DNA of 64,000 nt from positions 2,368,001-2,432,000 of the forward strand of contig OY729431.1 of NCBI GenBank assembly GCA_963422395.1, given 5' to 3'. This document shows positions 8,171 through 17,995 of this stretch, one piece after another; positions within the stretch are counted from its first letter, which is position 1; the number at the start of each line of letters is the position of its first letter. A program made the position numbers and the translations under genes. Below the pieces are notes generated by a model. The model was not told the origin of the DNA and ran no database searches. It worked only from the letters and a program-made list of their open reading frames with translations. The DNA is from Vicinamibacteria bacterium. Lineage in GTDB: Bacteria > Acidobacteriota > Vicinamibacteria > Marinacidobacterales > Marinacidobacteraceae.

Positions 8171-9613
8171 TTGAGCGCCGTTCCTGATCCGGCGCGTTTC
8201 CAGCTGCAGCCGGTCGGCCCGATTCCCGAGCGCGCCGAGGGCTCGGCCGCCGACGCCCGGCGGGTGGCAGCCGCCGTCCACGAAGCCGGCGGGCGGGCGC
8301 TGATCGTGGGCGGCTTCGTGCGCGACGGGATGCTTTCGGGCAGCTCCGCCGGCGAACCCGACCTCGAGGTCTTCGGACTGCCGATCCACGCGCTGGAACG
8401 GACCCTCCGCCCACTCGGGAGAGTGCGCCGGGTGGGGAGAGCATTTCCGGTGCTTCGGGTAGGCCGGCTTCCGGTCGAAGTCGCCCTTCCCCGCCGCGAA
8501 TCGAAGACCGGGCCCGGCCATCTCGGCTTCGAGGCGGTCGCCGATCCGGAGATGCCGTTCCGGGAGGCGGCACAGCGGCGCGATCTGACGGTCAACGCGA
8601 TGGGCCTCGATCCGCTCACCGGGGAGTTGTTCGATCCTTTCGGCGGGCAGCGCGATCTGGAGCGCGGGATCCTGCGGGCCGCCGACCCCGCGCACTTCGC
8701 CGAGGATCCGCTGCGCGGGCTTCGGGTGGCGGCCTTCGCGGCTCGGTTCTCGTTCCGCGCCGACGAGGAACTCCACCGACTCTGTGCGGAACTCGACCTG
8801 TCCGAGCTGAGTCCGGAGCGGATCTACGACGAACTCGGGAAGACCCTCTTCGGACGGGAGCCGTCGCTCGGTTTCCGTTTTCTCGCCGCCACCGGGCTGC
8901 TGCGGTTCCTCCCGGAGATCGAGGCGCTCCGGGGCGTCCCGCAGGATCCCGAGTGGCACCCCGAGGGCGATGTGTTCGTCCACACCCTGCTCGCGCTCGA
9001 CCGCGCCGCCGCGATGGCGCCGGAAGACCCTGCCGCTCGCCGGGTCCTGATGTTCGCCACCCTCTGCCACGACTTCGGCAAGCCGGCGGCCACCCGCCGC
9101 CAGCCGGGGCGGATCACCGCCTCGGGCCACGACGCCGCGGGAGCACCGCTCGCGCGCAGCTTCCTCGAGCGGCTGCGGGCGCCGCGGGCGCTCGTCGAGT
9201 CGGTGGCGGCGCTGACCCGGAGACACCTGGCTCCGGCGCTCTATCCGCGGCAGGGAGCGAAGCGAGCCGCCTACTGCCGCCTCGCCCGAGAGCTGGCCGC
9301 CGCGGGGACGAACCTCGAGATGCTGCTCCGAGTGGCGACCGCCGACCAGCTGGGACGGGAAACCGCGGCGGCGCGCGCCGGACGGTTCCCCGCGGGAGCG
9401 CTCTTCCGGGAGCGCGCCGAAGCGGCGGGGGTGTTCCGCGATCCCCCCCGGGACGCGGTCTCCGGGCGGCATGTCCTGGCGCGGGACATCCGGCCGGGGA
9501 GAGCGGTGGGGCGGCTCCTCGAGATCAGCCGCCGAATCCAGGACGGGAGCGGGGAGACCGACCCCGAGCGGATCCTCGACCGGGCCCTCCGCGAGGCGGG
9601 AGGGGAGCGATGA
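8171..9613 (+). CDS. cca: CCA-type tRNA nucleotidyltransferase with HD domain
   Basis: VGGFVRD, RRDLTVNAM, DPFGGQRDL, FAEDPLR, PQDPEWHPEGDVFVHT, LCHDFGKP. Confidence 0.9.
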   Translation: MSAVPDPARFQLQPVGPIPERAEGSAADARRVAAAVHEAGGRALIVGGFVRDGMLSGSSAGEPDLEVFGLPIHALERTLRPLGRVRRVGRAFPVLRVGRLPVEVALPRRESKTGPGHLGFEAVADPEMPFREAAQRRDLTVNAMGLDPLTGELFDPFGGQRDLERGILRAADPAHFAEDPLRGLRVAAFAARFSFRADEELHRLCAELDLSELSPERIYDELGKTLFGREPSLGFRFLAATGLLRFLPEIEALRGVPQDPEWHPEGDVFVHTLLALDRAAAMAPEDPAARRVLMFATLCHDFGKPAATRRQPGRITASGHDAAGAPLARSFLERLRAPRALVESVAALTRRHLAPALYPRQGAKRAAYCRLARELAAAGTNLEMLLRVATADQLGRETAAARAGRFPAGALFRERAEAAGVFRDPPRDAVSGRHVLARDIRPGRAVGRLLEISRRIQDGSGETDPERILDRALREAGGER

Positions 9614-10635
9614 CCTCCTCCCCGGTTCTCGCCGTCCCCGCCCGTCCGGCGGCAGTCCGGGCAGCGACCTGGATCCGCCCCGAGCGGCTGCGGACGGCGC
9701 TGGACCTCCGGGTCATCCTGGTCAGCGAGACCTTCCAGCGGACCGGCAGCTTCAAGTTCCGGGCGGCGTACCACCGGGCGCGGAGTACCGCAGCGCCCCG
9801 GCTGCTGGCCGCCTCGTCGGGAAACTTCGGCCAGGCGCTCGCCCTCGCCTGCCGGCTGCTGGGAAAGCGGGCCACCATCGTGATGCCCCGGGTCTCGGCG
9901 CGGGTGAAGATCGAAGCGGTGCGGAGCCACGGCGCCGAAGTGAAGCTGATGGATGCGGAGCGGGAGTCCCGCGAGGAAGCGGTGGCGCGCTTCCTCGACG
10001 AGCTGCCCGAAGCGGAGGTGGCGAGCGCCTACGACGACCCCGCGGTGATCGCCGGAAACGCGACCCTCGGGGTGGAGATCGGGGCGCGGCTGCGGCGGCT
10101 TCCGGCGGCTCGGCGAGAGCGGGCGGCGGTCGTGGTCCCGGTCGGCGGCGGCGGCATCAGCTCGGGGATCGTGCTGGGCCTGCGGACTGCGGGAGTTCCC
10201 GAGGTTTCGGTGATCGGCGCGGAGCCGCAAATAGCGAACGACGCCGCCGAGTCGCTCCGCCAGGGCCGACTGGTATCCCACGCCGGCGAGGCGCTCTCGC
10301 TGGCGGACGGGGCGCGGCTGCCGCGGATCGGCAGCCACAACTGGGCCATCCTGCGCGAGGGCCTCGAGGGGATCGTCGAGGTTCCCGAACGAAAGATCGC
10401 CGAGGGGGTGCGGGCGCTCTTCGGCCTCGCCAACCTGAAAGCCGAGCCGACCGGCGCGCTGGGCGTCGCCGCGCTGCTCGCCGCACCGGAGCGGTTCGCG
10501 GGCCGCGAGGTCTTTTGCGTGATCACCGGCGGCAATGTGGACCCGGCGGTATATGCCCGAATCCTCGACGGCGCGAACTCGACCGCCGAGGCGTACCGAG
10601 ACTCCCCGGCCGGAAAGCCCCCGGCAGGCTGCTGA
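9610..10635 (+). CDS. Threonine/serine dehydratase family PLP enzyme
   Basis: ETFQRTGSFKFR, SSGNFGQA, PVGGGG, KAEPTGA, TGGNVD. Confidence 0.92.
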   Translation: MTSSPVLAVPARPAAVRAATWIRPERLRTALDLRVILVSETFQRTGSFKFRAAYHRARSTAAPRLLAASSGNFGQALALACRLLGKRATIVMPRVSARVKIEAVRSHGAEVKLMDAERESREEAVARFLDELPEAEVASAYDDPAVIAGNATLGVEIGARLRRLPAARRERAAVVVPVGGGGISSGIVLGLRTAGVPEVSVIGAEPQIANDAAESLRQGRLVSHAGEALSLADGARLPRIGSHNWAILREGLEGIVEVPERKIAEGVRALFGLANLKAEPTGALGVAALLAAPERFAGREVFCVITGGNVDPAVYARILDGANSTAEAYRDSPAGKPPAGC

Positions 10636-11129
10636 TGCTCCGGCTGCTTCTCCTCCGCCACGCGAAATCGGACTGGGGCTCGCCCGAACTGCCCGATCAC
10701 GACCGCCCGCTCGCTCTCCGCGGCCTCCGAGACGCCCCCCGGATGGGCCGCTTCCTCCAAGACCGCGGCCTCGTCCCCGAAGCCGCGCTCGTCTCCACCG
10801 CCCGCCGCGCCCACGAAACGGCGCGCCTCGCTCTCGAGGCAGCCGGCGCGCCGCCCGACGCCCTGCGCCTCGTCCCCGACCTCTACGGATCGAGCCCCGA
10901 CGAGATCCTGCGGATCGTGAGGCAGGAAGGCTGCCGCGCCTCTCCGCTGCTCGTGGTCGCCCACAACCCGGGGATGAGGGACCTCGCCGCCCGCTTCACC
11001 GGCCGGCCGGGACCCTTCCCCACCGCCGCCCTCGCGGTGGTTTCGTGCGCGGTGAGCCGCTGGCCGGAGCTGTCGTCGGCCACCGGGGCCGCGCTGGTGG
11101 AAACCCTGGTCCGTCTCCGCGACGGCTGA
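10635..11129 (+). CDS. sixA: SixA-like phosphohistidine phosphatase
   Basis: LLLRHAKSDW, DHDRPL, STARRA, VAHNPG, FPTAALA. Confidence 0.88.
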   Translation: MLRLLLLRHAKSDWGSPELPDHDRPLALRGLRDAPRMGRFLQDRGLVPEAALVSTARRAHETARLALEAAGAPPDALRLVPDLYGSSPDEILRIVRQEGCRASPLLVVAHNPGMRDLAARFTGRPGPFPTAALAVVSCAVSRWPELSSATGAALVETLVRLRDG

Positions 11130-11155
11130 GGCGCCGGTCCGACCCCCTCAGAACG

Positions 11156-11176
11156 ATGTGCAACAATGTGACACAT
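11156..11176. promoter_or_regulatory. Probable TA autoregulatory operator
   Basis: Pseudo-palindrome ATGTG-A-CACAT (11166-11176) overlapping the antitoxin ATG, preceded by an imperfect second copy. Confidence 0.5.
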
Positions 11177-11408
11177 GAAGACGGTATCGATCCGCGAACT
11201 GCACCTGGCCACTGGACGCTGGGTGCGGGTCGGCGCCAGCGAACCGGTCGTCGTCACCGACCACGGGCGCGAGGTCGCCGTGATCGAGCCGTTCGATCCT
11301 GCCCGACTGGGTCAGCCCCTGCCTGACCGCGAGGCCCGGATCCGGAAGCGATCCCGCTTGTCCACCGACTCGGTCGTTCTTCAGTCCGAGATGCGTGACC
11401 GCGCGTGA
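11175..11408 (+). CDS. Phd/YefM-family antitoxin
   Basis: MKTVSIREL...EPVVVTDHGREVAVIEP; GTGA overlap with PIN toxin. Confidence 0.9.
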   Translation: MKTVSIRELHLATGRWVRVGASEPVVVTDHGREVAVIEPFDPARLGQPLPDREARIRKRSRLSTDSVVLQSEMRDRA

Positions 11409-11839
11409 AGTATTTCGACGCGGCATATATCGCCAAGTGTTATCTCAACGAACCGGGCGCCGCCCGCGTCCGCGGACTCGCGTGCCGAGTCCCGGGCCTG
11501 TGCTCGGCGGACTTCGGCCGCCTAGAGTTCACCAGCATCATCCAGCGGCACCGCAGTGAAGGCCGGCTCGGGGCGCAGGAGAGCCTCGAGGTCTTCGCGG
11601 ACTTCGAACAGGACGAACGGAATGGGGTGTGGCGCTGGCTCCCGGTGACCGCCTCGCTCATCCGCGCCGCGTGCGCACAGATGCGGACGCTGTCGAGGAA
11701 CACCTTTCTCCGCGCCGGCGACGCGCTCCACCTTGCGTGCGCCCGGGAGTACGGCTTCACCGAGATTCACACGAACGACCGGCACATGTTGGCAGCCGCA
11801 CCGGAGTTCGACATCACCGGGGTTGATGTGATCGCCTGA
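11405..11839 (+). CDS. vapC: VapC-family PIN toxin
   Basis: YFDAAYIAKCYLNEPG, LEFTS, LRAGDALHLA, TNDRHM. Confidence 0.92.
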   Translation: MKYFDAAYIAKCYLNEPGAARVRGLACRVPGLCSADFGRLEFTSIIQRHRSEGRLGAQESLEVFADFEQDERNGVWRWLPVTASLIRAACAQMRTLSRNTFLRAGDALHLACAREYGFTEIHTNDRHMLAAAPEFDITGVDVIA

Positions 11840-12236
11840 TCCGGGGCAGGCAGCGCAATCCGGCGCAAGGCGCCGAACCCGCGGGAGGGGTTCGAAGGGC
11901 GCGAAGTTTTTCTGTGGGGTCGACAGGCGCGACAGGGATCAGCGGCGTACCCCCGGATCCTCGACGCGCGAACTCGGCGGCCGAGGCGTACGGGAACGGC
12001 TGATGCTCGTCGAAGTCAGGCAGCGCCCGAGTGATTTGGGGATGGCCGATTCCGACGACACTTTTTGACATGGTTGACGAATAACCTGCCGCCGCCATGG
12101 ACGAACACACGCCGAAATCACGCATGCCGAAAGGCGCAACCGACCCCCGCAGATCTTTCGATTCGGGCCTCTCGATTCCCATCGGGAGGGACACCGAAGC
12201 AAGCCCGGCTCGACCGGCAGAGTTTTCCCCATCGCT

Positions 12237-13090
12237 GTGGCGACGCTCGCCGCGGCTCTGCTCGCGCTGAGCGCCGGCTGCGGCAACGGAGGGAACCGCT
12301 CCCCGACGACGCCAGCCCCCCGACCGACTCCGGCACCCAAGCCGCCGCCGCCGCTCGGGACGCCGGCCGAACTGGCGGTTTACGAGATCGGCGAGGATTT
12401 ATCGAGTGGCGCTGGCTCCCGGTGTAGGGCGCCGGCGGATACGAGGTGCAGTCCACCTTGAACGAAGAGCTCATCGCGCTGGGTGACATCCTGGCCGCGA
12501 CGGAACCGAAGTATCGCCGGATCGGGCTAGATCCAGACACGACAGTCTATCTCCGGGTCAGGACCGGTGCCGGTGCCGGCGCCGGCGACTCGCGACGGGA
12601 GAGCGAATGGACCTCCCACAAGACCGGAAAGACGGAACCAATCGCCGAATCTCCAAAAGAGGAGGCCAAGACGCTGACCGCGGCCTCATGGGCAGCGGCC
12701 TGTAGAAACAGCGAGGATGTCGTTTGGATCCTCGAGCATGCAAATGCCGAAACCCGCCAGGACTTGGAATTGGATCAAGAGTCGGGTTCGTGAGGGGCGC
12801 TGCGGCTATTTTCTGGACGGCGCGCCGATCCAGTGGGACGGACGCGAAAAGCGGGTTGCCGCCGTGATCGAAGGGGAGAGCTGGCCTATGCGGCTGCTCT
12901 GGGTCTCGGGCACACAGGATCCCATTTCATTCGCATCGCACCGACCCCGGACTACGCGGGTTGGATGTGGGAGGGATTCACCGAGGAGTTCCGACGCAGG
13001 GGCGCGCAGAACGTGCAACCGGGTTCGGTGGAGCGCGCTCTCACGGATGCGATGCGGCAGCTCGGCGCCCGACTGCAGTCCCCGGAATGA
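12237..13090 (+). pseudogene. Decayed lipoprotein with fibronectin type III-like segment
   Basis: Lipobox LSAGC and Pro-rich linker; TPAELAVYEIGED, frameshift, IEWRWLPV*(TAG 12425)GAGGYEVQ...GLDPDTTVYLRVR...ESEWT; further breaks downstream. Confidence 0.6.
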
Positions 13091-13112
13091 CGACACGGGA
13101 GGCCCGTCGCCA

Positions 13113-13834
13113 CTAGACCGCTTCCTGTGGGGTGATTTCGTAGTATGGGTGTATAGCTAATGGGATTGCGTCGCGTTGAGCAGCGCCGGACATCCTGGAC
13201 TTCGACGGCGAGTCTTCCTCGAAGCGCGGCGACAGAGCAGCAGGCGTCAGCGGTCGGGGAACCGGCTGGTCCGCGAGAGCTGGTGTGCGACAAGGAGTAT
13301 CACAGCGACGCGACGCGGTTGCGTCTGCGGCGGGAGGGGGTGCGTTCGTATGAGGCCTTTGGAGCTGGCGGGGGAAGGAAGAGGAGCGCCGGGCGGTGGT
13401 TGCGAATCGGCGGCGCGTTCGTGGTGAGCACGGGAAGCGCCTGCTGCGCCGGCGGGGCGAGTTGGTGGAGCGCTCGTTTGCGCACGGTTACGAGACCGGG
13501 GGGATGCGGCGGCTGTATTTGCGCGGACGGGGGAACATCGGGAAGCGGCTGTTGATCCAGGCGGCGGGCTTCGACCTCGGGCTGCTGATGCGCCACCGGT
13601 GCGGAATCGGCAAGCCGCGACGACTGCAGGGGCGCGCGGCGGCGTTCGGCGCCGCGCTTTTCGCTCTCATTTTCGCCTACCGGAGCCGGGAACCGCCCGC
13701 CTGGGCCTGGATAGCGCCCTGTCGGGCGGTTTTCCCGCGCAGACCGCGCCCGCCCTCCGTACTGCGCCGATCACGGCACCCCTCCGGGGCCGCTGATCCT
13801 CACCGATTACAGCAGTTTGTCCACGGGCTGTTAG
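13113..13834 (+). mobile_element. Internally deleted IS1182/IS5-type transposase remnant
   Basis: N-terminal MGLRR...SLPRSA joined to ELVCDKEYHS, frameshift, RRRGELVERSFAHGYETGGMRRLYLRGRGNIGKRLLIQAAGFDLGLLMR; right end TTTGTCCACGGGCTGTTAG; left boundary approximate. Confidence 0.8.
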
Positions 13835-14297
13835 CGGTTGGGGGGCGGGGGCGGTTCGAGCTGGGAGAGGCGGTTGACCCCGGCGCGCTGGGCGATGCGC
13901 CCCACGGTGCTGGGGGAGATGCCGAGCTGCTGGCTGATGTCGTGGTAGGTGCGGCGCTCGCGCCGCAGTTCGACGACTCGGGTGCGCCGCGCCTCGCTGG
14001 TGCGGTGCGGGCAGCGATGCGGGCGCGAGGAGCGGTCCCCGAGGCCCGGCAGGCCCTCCTCGCGCCAGCGGGCGAGCCACTTGTATGCAGTGCGCACGCT
14101 CACCCCCGAGGCCTGGGCCGCCGCCTCGACGCGGAGGCCTTCCTCGGTGATGCGGCGAACCAGGATCTCTCGACCGAGCGGGGTCAGTTTGGCGGACTCG
14201 TGGATGTTCATGCGGGCTGCTCCTTGTGCTGAGGGGTTGTGGATGCCCATGAGTTCCGGGCATCGGGTTCGCGTGAACAACCTACCGCAAGGTCACA
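13831..14297 (-). mobile_element. Truncated IS481-family element (left end and N-terminal HTH region)
   Basis: MNIHESAKLTPLGR...GVSVRTAYKWLARWREEG...DRSSRPH; terminus TGTGACCTTGCGGTAGGTTGTTCAC; cut by the adjacent IS end. Confidence 0.88.
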
Positions 14298-14355
14298 GCT
14301 AGGGACTGGCGCCGCCGAAACAGCCGAAACGAGGGCAGTAGCCCGGTTCACCGAC

Positions 14356-14784
14356 TCAACCGAATTTCTCCAGAGGCCCGATCCAATCGGTCAGATACGG
14401 ATGGCTTTCCACGCGGTCGCAAAACCGCATGTCCGCAGTGATGAGCGGTGCCTGTTCCTGCATCGCGAGGGCGAGATAGAAGCAGTCGTAGATCGGATGG
14501 CCGATATCGGCGGCGAGGCGAGCAGCCGCTGGCAGGAGTTGAAGCGCGGTGCGAGGCGCCAGAATCGGTGCGGTCCTCAGCATCCCTACCGCTTCCTCGA
14601 ACTGACTCTCATCCAGGCCGCCGCGCTGGCGCATCGCCCACAGCGCGTTCGCGGCTTCGGCGAACAGCAGTTCCGGCGCGAGGAGGGAGATTCCCGGCGC
14701 GAGCAAGAGCGACGCCTGATCCGACAGCGGTTCTTTCACCAGCCATTTGACGGCCACGCTCGCATCCACGACATATCGGGTCAT
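14356..14784 (-). CDS. vapC: VapC-family PIN toxin
   Basis: YVVDASVAVKW, APELLFAEAANALW, IYDCFYLALA, LITAD. Confidence 0.93.
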   Translation of the reverse strand: MTRYVVDASVAVKWLVKEPLSDQASLLLAPGISLLAPELLFAEAANALWAMRQRGGLDESQFEEAVGMLRTAPILAPRTALQLLPAAARLAADIGHPIYDCFYLALAMQEQAPLITADMRFCDRVESHPYLTDWIGPLEKFG

Positions 14785-15017
14785 ACGCCGAGGTCCCGAT
14801 CCCGGTCGGCGCGGATGATCTCCGTGCTGTCCACGGTAGAGACGAGCCGCTCGCGCAATCGGGCCGCCTTCGACGCGAAGCTCTCTTCGCTACCCAAGAG
14901 CACCTGCCGAAGGATTTCTCGATGTTCCGCTTCAGCCGAACGACCGTTCGAAACGGCCCGACGCTTCAGTTCCAGGACCACCAGGTCGGTGACGCGGCGA
15001 ACGGTCAACTGGGCCAT
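14781..15017 (-). CDS. FitA-like ribbon-helix-helix antitoxin
   Basis: MAQLTVRRV...LKRRAVSNGRSAEAEHREIL...DSTEIIRADRD; ATGA overlap with toxin. Confidence 0.9.
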   Translation of the reverse strand: MAQLTVRRVTDLVVLELKRRAVSNGRSAEAEHREILRQVLLGSEESFASKAARLRERLVSTVDSTEIIRADRDRDLGV

Positions 15018-15235
15018 GAGAATGCATTCGATGAAGGCGCTTGCATCGACAGATGATCATAGCATCCAGCAGAGTCCGCGCGGGTCGTTGGGGGAGCGGC
15101 GGACCCGGCATCCGTGGTGAGCCAGGCCACGAGATGCGGTCATGAGCGCGATCCTGGGAAAACGAGTCGGAAACCCGGATCACTGGCCGCGGGACCTTGG
15201 TCGGCTCTACCGGGTAGCAGCACAGCGGGCGATGA
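14932..15235. repeat. Degenerate direct repeat, copy A (14932-15084 plus 15188-15235)
   Basis: Aligns by eye to 17911-18103, with an extra ~100 bp at 15085-15187. Confidence 0.85.
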
Positions 15236-16270
15236 GCGACGAGCTGAAGCGGCTGCGCGCCCGGCTCGCCCGGCGGAAGAGGCGCCGAGACGCGCCGCCG
15301 GCGAGCAACGGGAACGCCGGCCTGGCGTCGAACTTCCTCGACCTCGCCCACGCGAAACTGCGCCCCGGCGGGACGCTCGCCCTGGTGATGCCGGCCTCGC
15401 TCGCACTCGGCGGCAGCTGGAAGCCGAGCCGGGCACTGCTCGCCATGCATTACGAGAAGCTGGTGATCGTCTCGCTGGCCGGCGCCCGGAGCGAGGAGAA
15501 GGCTCGGCGGATACCGGGATGGCCGAGGTCCTGGTGTTGGCGCGCAAGCGCTCGGACCCCCTGCCGACGGATTCCCCTACGGACTCCCTTCCAACGAATC
15601 CTCCGAAGGACCCCGAAGCGGCGGGCGCTGCCTGGATCTCGCTGCAGCGCCAGCCGCGGAGCACCGCCGAGGCCCACGAGACCTCGCGGGAGCTCTCGCG
15701 GCAGTTGGCCGGGGCCGGCGAAGCGAGCGGGGCGGAACGCGGATCGGTCTTCGAGGTACGGCTCGGCGGCAAATTCACGGGCAGCGGCATCCGCGCCGCC
15801 CTCGGGGACGGCGGCGCTGCCGGAGTGGCCGATCTCTCCCTCGTCCAGGCGGCGATGGGGCTCTCGCAGGGGCGGCTCCCCCTCCCCAGGAGCAGCGGTA
15901 GCGCCCTACAACAGCTCGCCCGTCTGCCGATCACCCGCCTCGGAGAGCTGGGGACCCGCGGGCCGCTCGACCGGGATGTCGGGGGCGCCGGAGCGCCGCG
16001 GGCCGGGCGCGCGGCCCCTTCGAGATCGTCCCGGTCCAGGGCGTTCCCACCTTCCCGGTCCTCTGGGGCCACGACGCCACCCGCGAACAGAAGCTCGTCG
16101 TCGCCCCCGACTCCATGGGCACGGTGCTCCCGGGGCGCGCGCCGGATGCGGCCTCGCTGTGGCGAACCGCGAGCCGCCTCCATTGCAACCGGGACTTCCA
16201 ACTGAACTCCCAGAGCCTCACCGCCTGCCTGACGCCGAGCGCGGCCATCGGGGGCCGAGCCTGGTCGTCG
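15232..16270 (+). pseudogene. Internal fragment of a large DNA adenine methyltransferase / type IIG R-M-like gene
   Basis: NGNAGLASNFLDLAHAKLRPGGTLALVMPAS...SW, frameshift, SADTGMAEVLVLARK, further frameshifts, SRLHCNRDFQLNSQSLTACLT. Confidence 0.65.
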
Positions 16271-16354
16271 GGGACCCGGACCAGCGCCGGTGTAGCGCAC
16301 CGGGCGCACGATCGACGGAAGGGTGTGGAATCAGTTCCCGAAACACCCGCCGGC

Positions 16355-16550
16355 CTAGCAGTCCGTGGACGAAGTCACACGGCCAAAGGCCGGCGATGCC
16401 CAGTTCTCCCGGTGGGGGCCCCGCCTGAACCGCTTCGCTCGGCGTTGCGATTCCGTCGGAATACTCCCGGTATGCCTCCCGAATCGCGCCTCGTCAGCCG
16501 GGCGCCTCCCCGATCTTGGGGCTCACGCCACTTTATCCACAGACTGTTAG
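16355..16550. mobile_element. MITE family A, copy 2 (196 bp)
   Basis: CTAGCAGTCCGTGGACGAAGT ... ACTTTATCCACAGACTGTTAG; colinear with 1095-1308. Confidence 0.9.
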
Positions 16551-16574
16551 GCCCGGCCTCTCTGCGCCCGAACC

Positions 16575-17225
16575 TCAGTCGTCCGCAGAGGCGGGGGAAG
16601 ACGGGAGCTCGGAATCCTCGGGAGGGCGATTCCGCATGGCGGATCCACGTCGGCGCCGCACGACGGCACGGTATGCCGACGGTGCGAGGAGGGATCCGCC
16701 CACGGCGATGATGAGAGAAGTCATACCGAGGACACCCTTGTCGGTAACCATCAGGTAGAAGCCTCCGAGGATCGCTGTCAGGCTGAGTGCGAACCCGAAC
16801 CCCTGACCGCGCGAGGCGAAGCGGAGGCTCCCCTCTAACATTCGGCGCTCGGTCCTGATTCGGTGATCCACCTGACGCTCCGCCATTCGGATGATGCGGT
16901 CGGGGGCATCCTTCCGGACTCGACCGTAGGCAGCCAGGTCTTCTGGTCGGGGAATCGGCCCTTCGAATCGAGTTTTCCGTTGAACCACCAACAGATCGGC
17001 TTCCGACCCATCCGCTGGAGGCAGATCTTCACCAGAGCGGCCTACTGCTGGTGATCGAACGAGATTCCCCTTCGGGCCAGTCGAAGCAAGGCCGCCCTTC
17101 GGGGACCGTCGCTCGTTCCGGACATGCCGAGGCCGCGGCGCCTGGCTGTTACGGGACCTACGGAATCCGGTGCGACGGCCCCTCGACGGCAGACCATTCC
17201 GCCATCGCGGTCTCGAGGGCTTCAC
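16575..17225 (-). CDS. DUF2335-family membrane protein (start uncertain)
   Basis: FEGPIPRPEDLAAYGRVRKDAPDRIIRMAERQVDHR...RGQGFGF followed by two TM helices. Confidence 0.8.
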   Translation of the reverse strand: MKPSRPRWRNGLPSRGRRTGFRRSRNSQAPRPRHVRNERRSPKGGLASTGPKGNLVRSPAVGRSGEDLPPADGSEADLLVVQRKTRFEGPIPRPEDLAAYGRVRKDAPDRIIRMAERQVDHRIRTERRMLEGSLRFASRGQGFGFALSLTAILGGFYLMVTDKGVLGMTSLIIAVGGSLLAPSAYRAVVRRRRGSAMRNRPPEDSELPSSPASADD

Positions 17226-17859
17226 CTACCGCTCTCCAATCCGAAGCAAGCGCCTCCGCATCCGCCTGGTAGCCGTTTCCTTCAGAACGCAGATCGGACA
17301 GTCCTTCTTCGAAATCCACCGGGTGGGAGAGGCCCATCAGGGATGCACCCATGGGGTAATCCAAGCGGAGCCACTCCAGGCGGCGCGCCATTTCTTTTCC
17401 GGGCCCCTCAGAGGGGCCCACACCCCGCAGGACGCTGTTCCTCCCCATCTCGGGATATTTGGCGTAGATACCGCGCAGAATCTCGCGCACGGAACGCTCG
17501 CGCAGCCAACGGCTGCACTCGGCGATGAACCGGGCCGTCGCTTCCCCGGTCGAGCGGAGTGCGGCGAGCCCCTCGGTTCTTCCGGAGCGAGTCAATCGGT
17601 ATTGCTCTCCGCCGCGCCCGGTCTCGTCAGCTGCCTTGATTCGGACTCTCCCGGCCGCCGCGAGCCGGTCCAGCTCCTGCTGAACCGCCCGGTCGAACGG
17701 CCCCGAGATGTGAGGGACGAAGCGGAAATACGGACCGCCCAGTTTCTGTGAGACCGCCCGATCCAAAAGAAACAGGAGTTTCTGCACCCGAAACGGGTCC
17801 AGGGAGGCTCCCTCTCCTCCCGCAGCCAGAGCGGCCAGCACGAAATCGCCGCGAGTCAT
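17158..17859 (-). CDS. Panacea/SocA-like winged-helix protein with C-terminal extension
   Basis: VQKLLFLLD...FRFVPHISGPFDRAVQQELDRL...YRLTRSG...IYAKYPEM; tail ADAEALASDWRAVGEAL. Confidence 0.65.
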   Translation of the reverse strand: MTRGDFVLAALAAGGEGASLDPFRVQKLLFLLDRAVSQKLGGPYFRFVPHISGPFDRAVQQELDRLAAAGRVRIKAADETGRGGEQYRLTRSGRTEGLAALRSTGEATARFIAECSRWLRERSVREILRGIYAKYPEMGRNSVLRGVGPSEGPGKEMARRLEWLRLDYPMGASLMGLSHPVDFEEGLSDLRSEGNGYQADAEALASDWRAVGEALETAMAEWSAVEGPSHRIP

Positions 17860-17910
17860 GATCAGTTAGCGAGTTTAGCAACCCTGGGCCAGGGTGTATC
17901 GCAGGCGACC

Positions 17911-17995
17911 TCAGCCGAACGACCGTTCGAAACGGCCCGACGCTTCAGTTCCAAGACACCAGGTCGGTGACGCGGCGAACGGCCAACCGGGCCAT
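17911..17995 (-). pseudogene. Truncated, frameshifted copy of the FitA-like antitoxin 5' end
   Basis: MARLAVRRVTDLV, 1-nt deletion, ELKRRAVSNGRSAE; near-identical to 14932-15017. Confidence 0.85.

Noticed and set aside
8350-8370. Nucleotidyltransferase motif A reads EPD rather than DxD
   Set aside because: Conservative acidic substitution with all other motifs intact; not enough to claim altered activity.
12090-12200. Possible c-di-GMP-I riboswitch (GCCGAAAGGCGCAA)
   Set aside because: Only a GNRA hairpin; the conserved flanking motifs and second stem are not recognisable.
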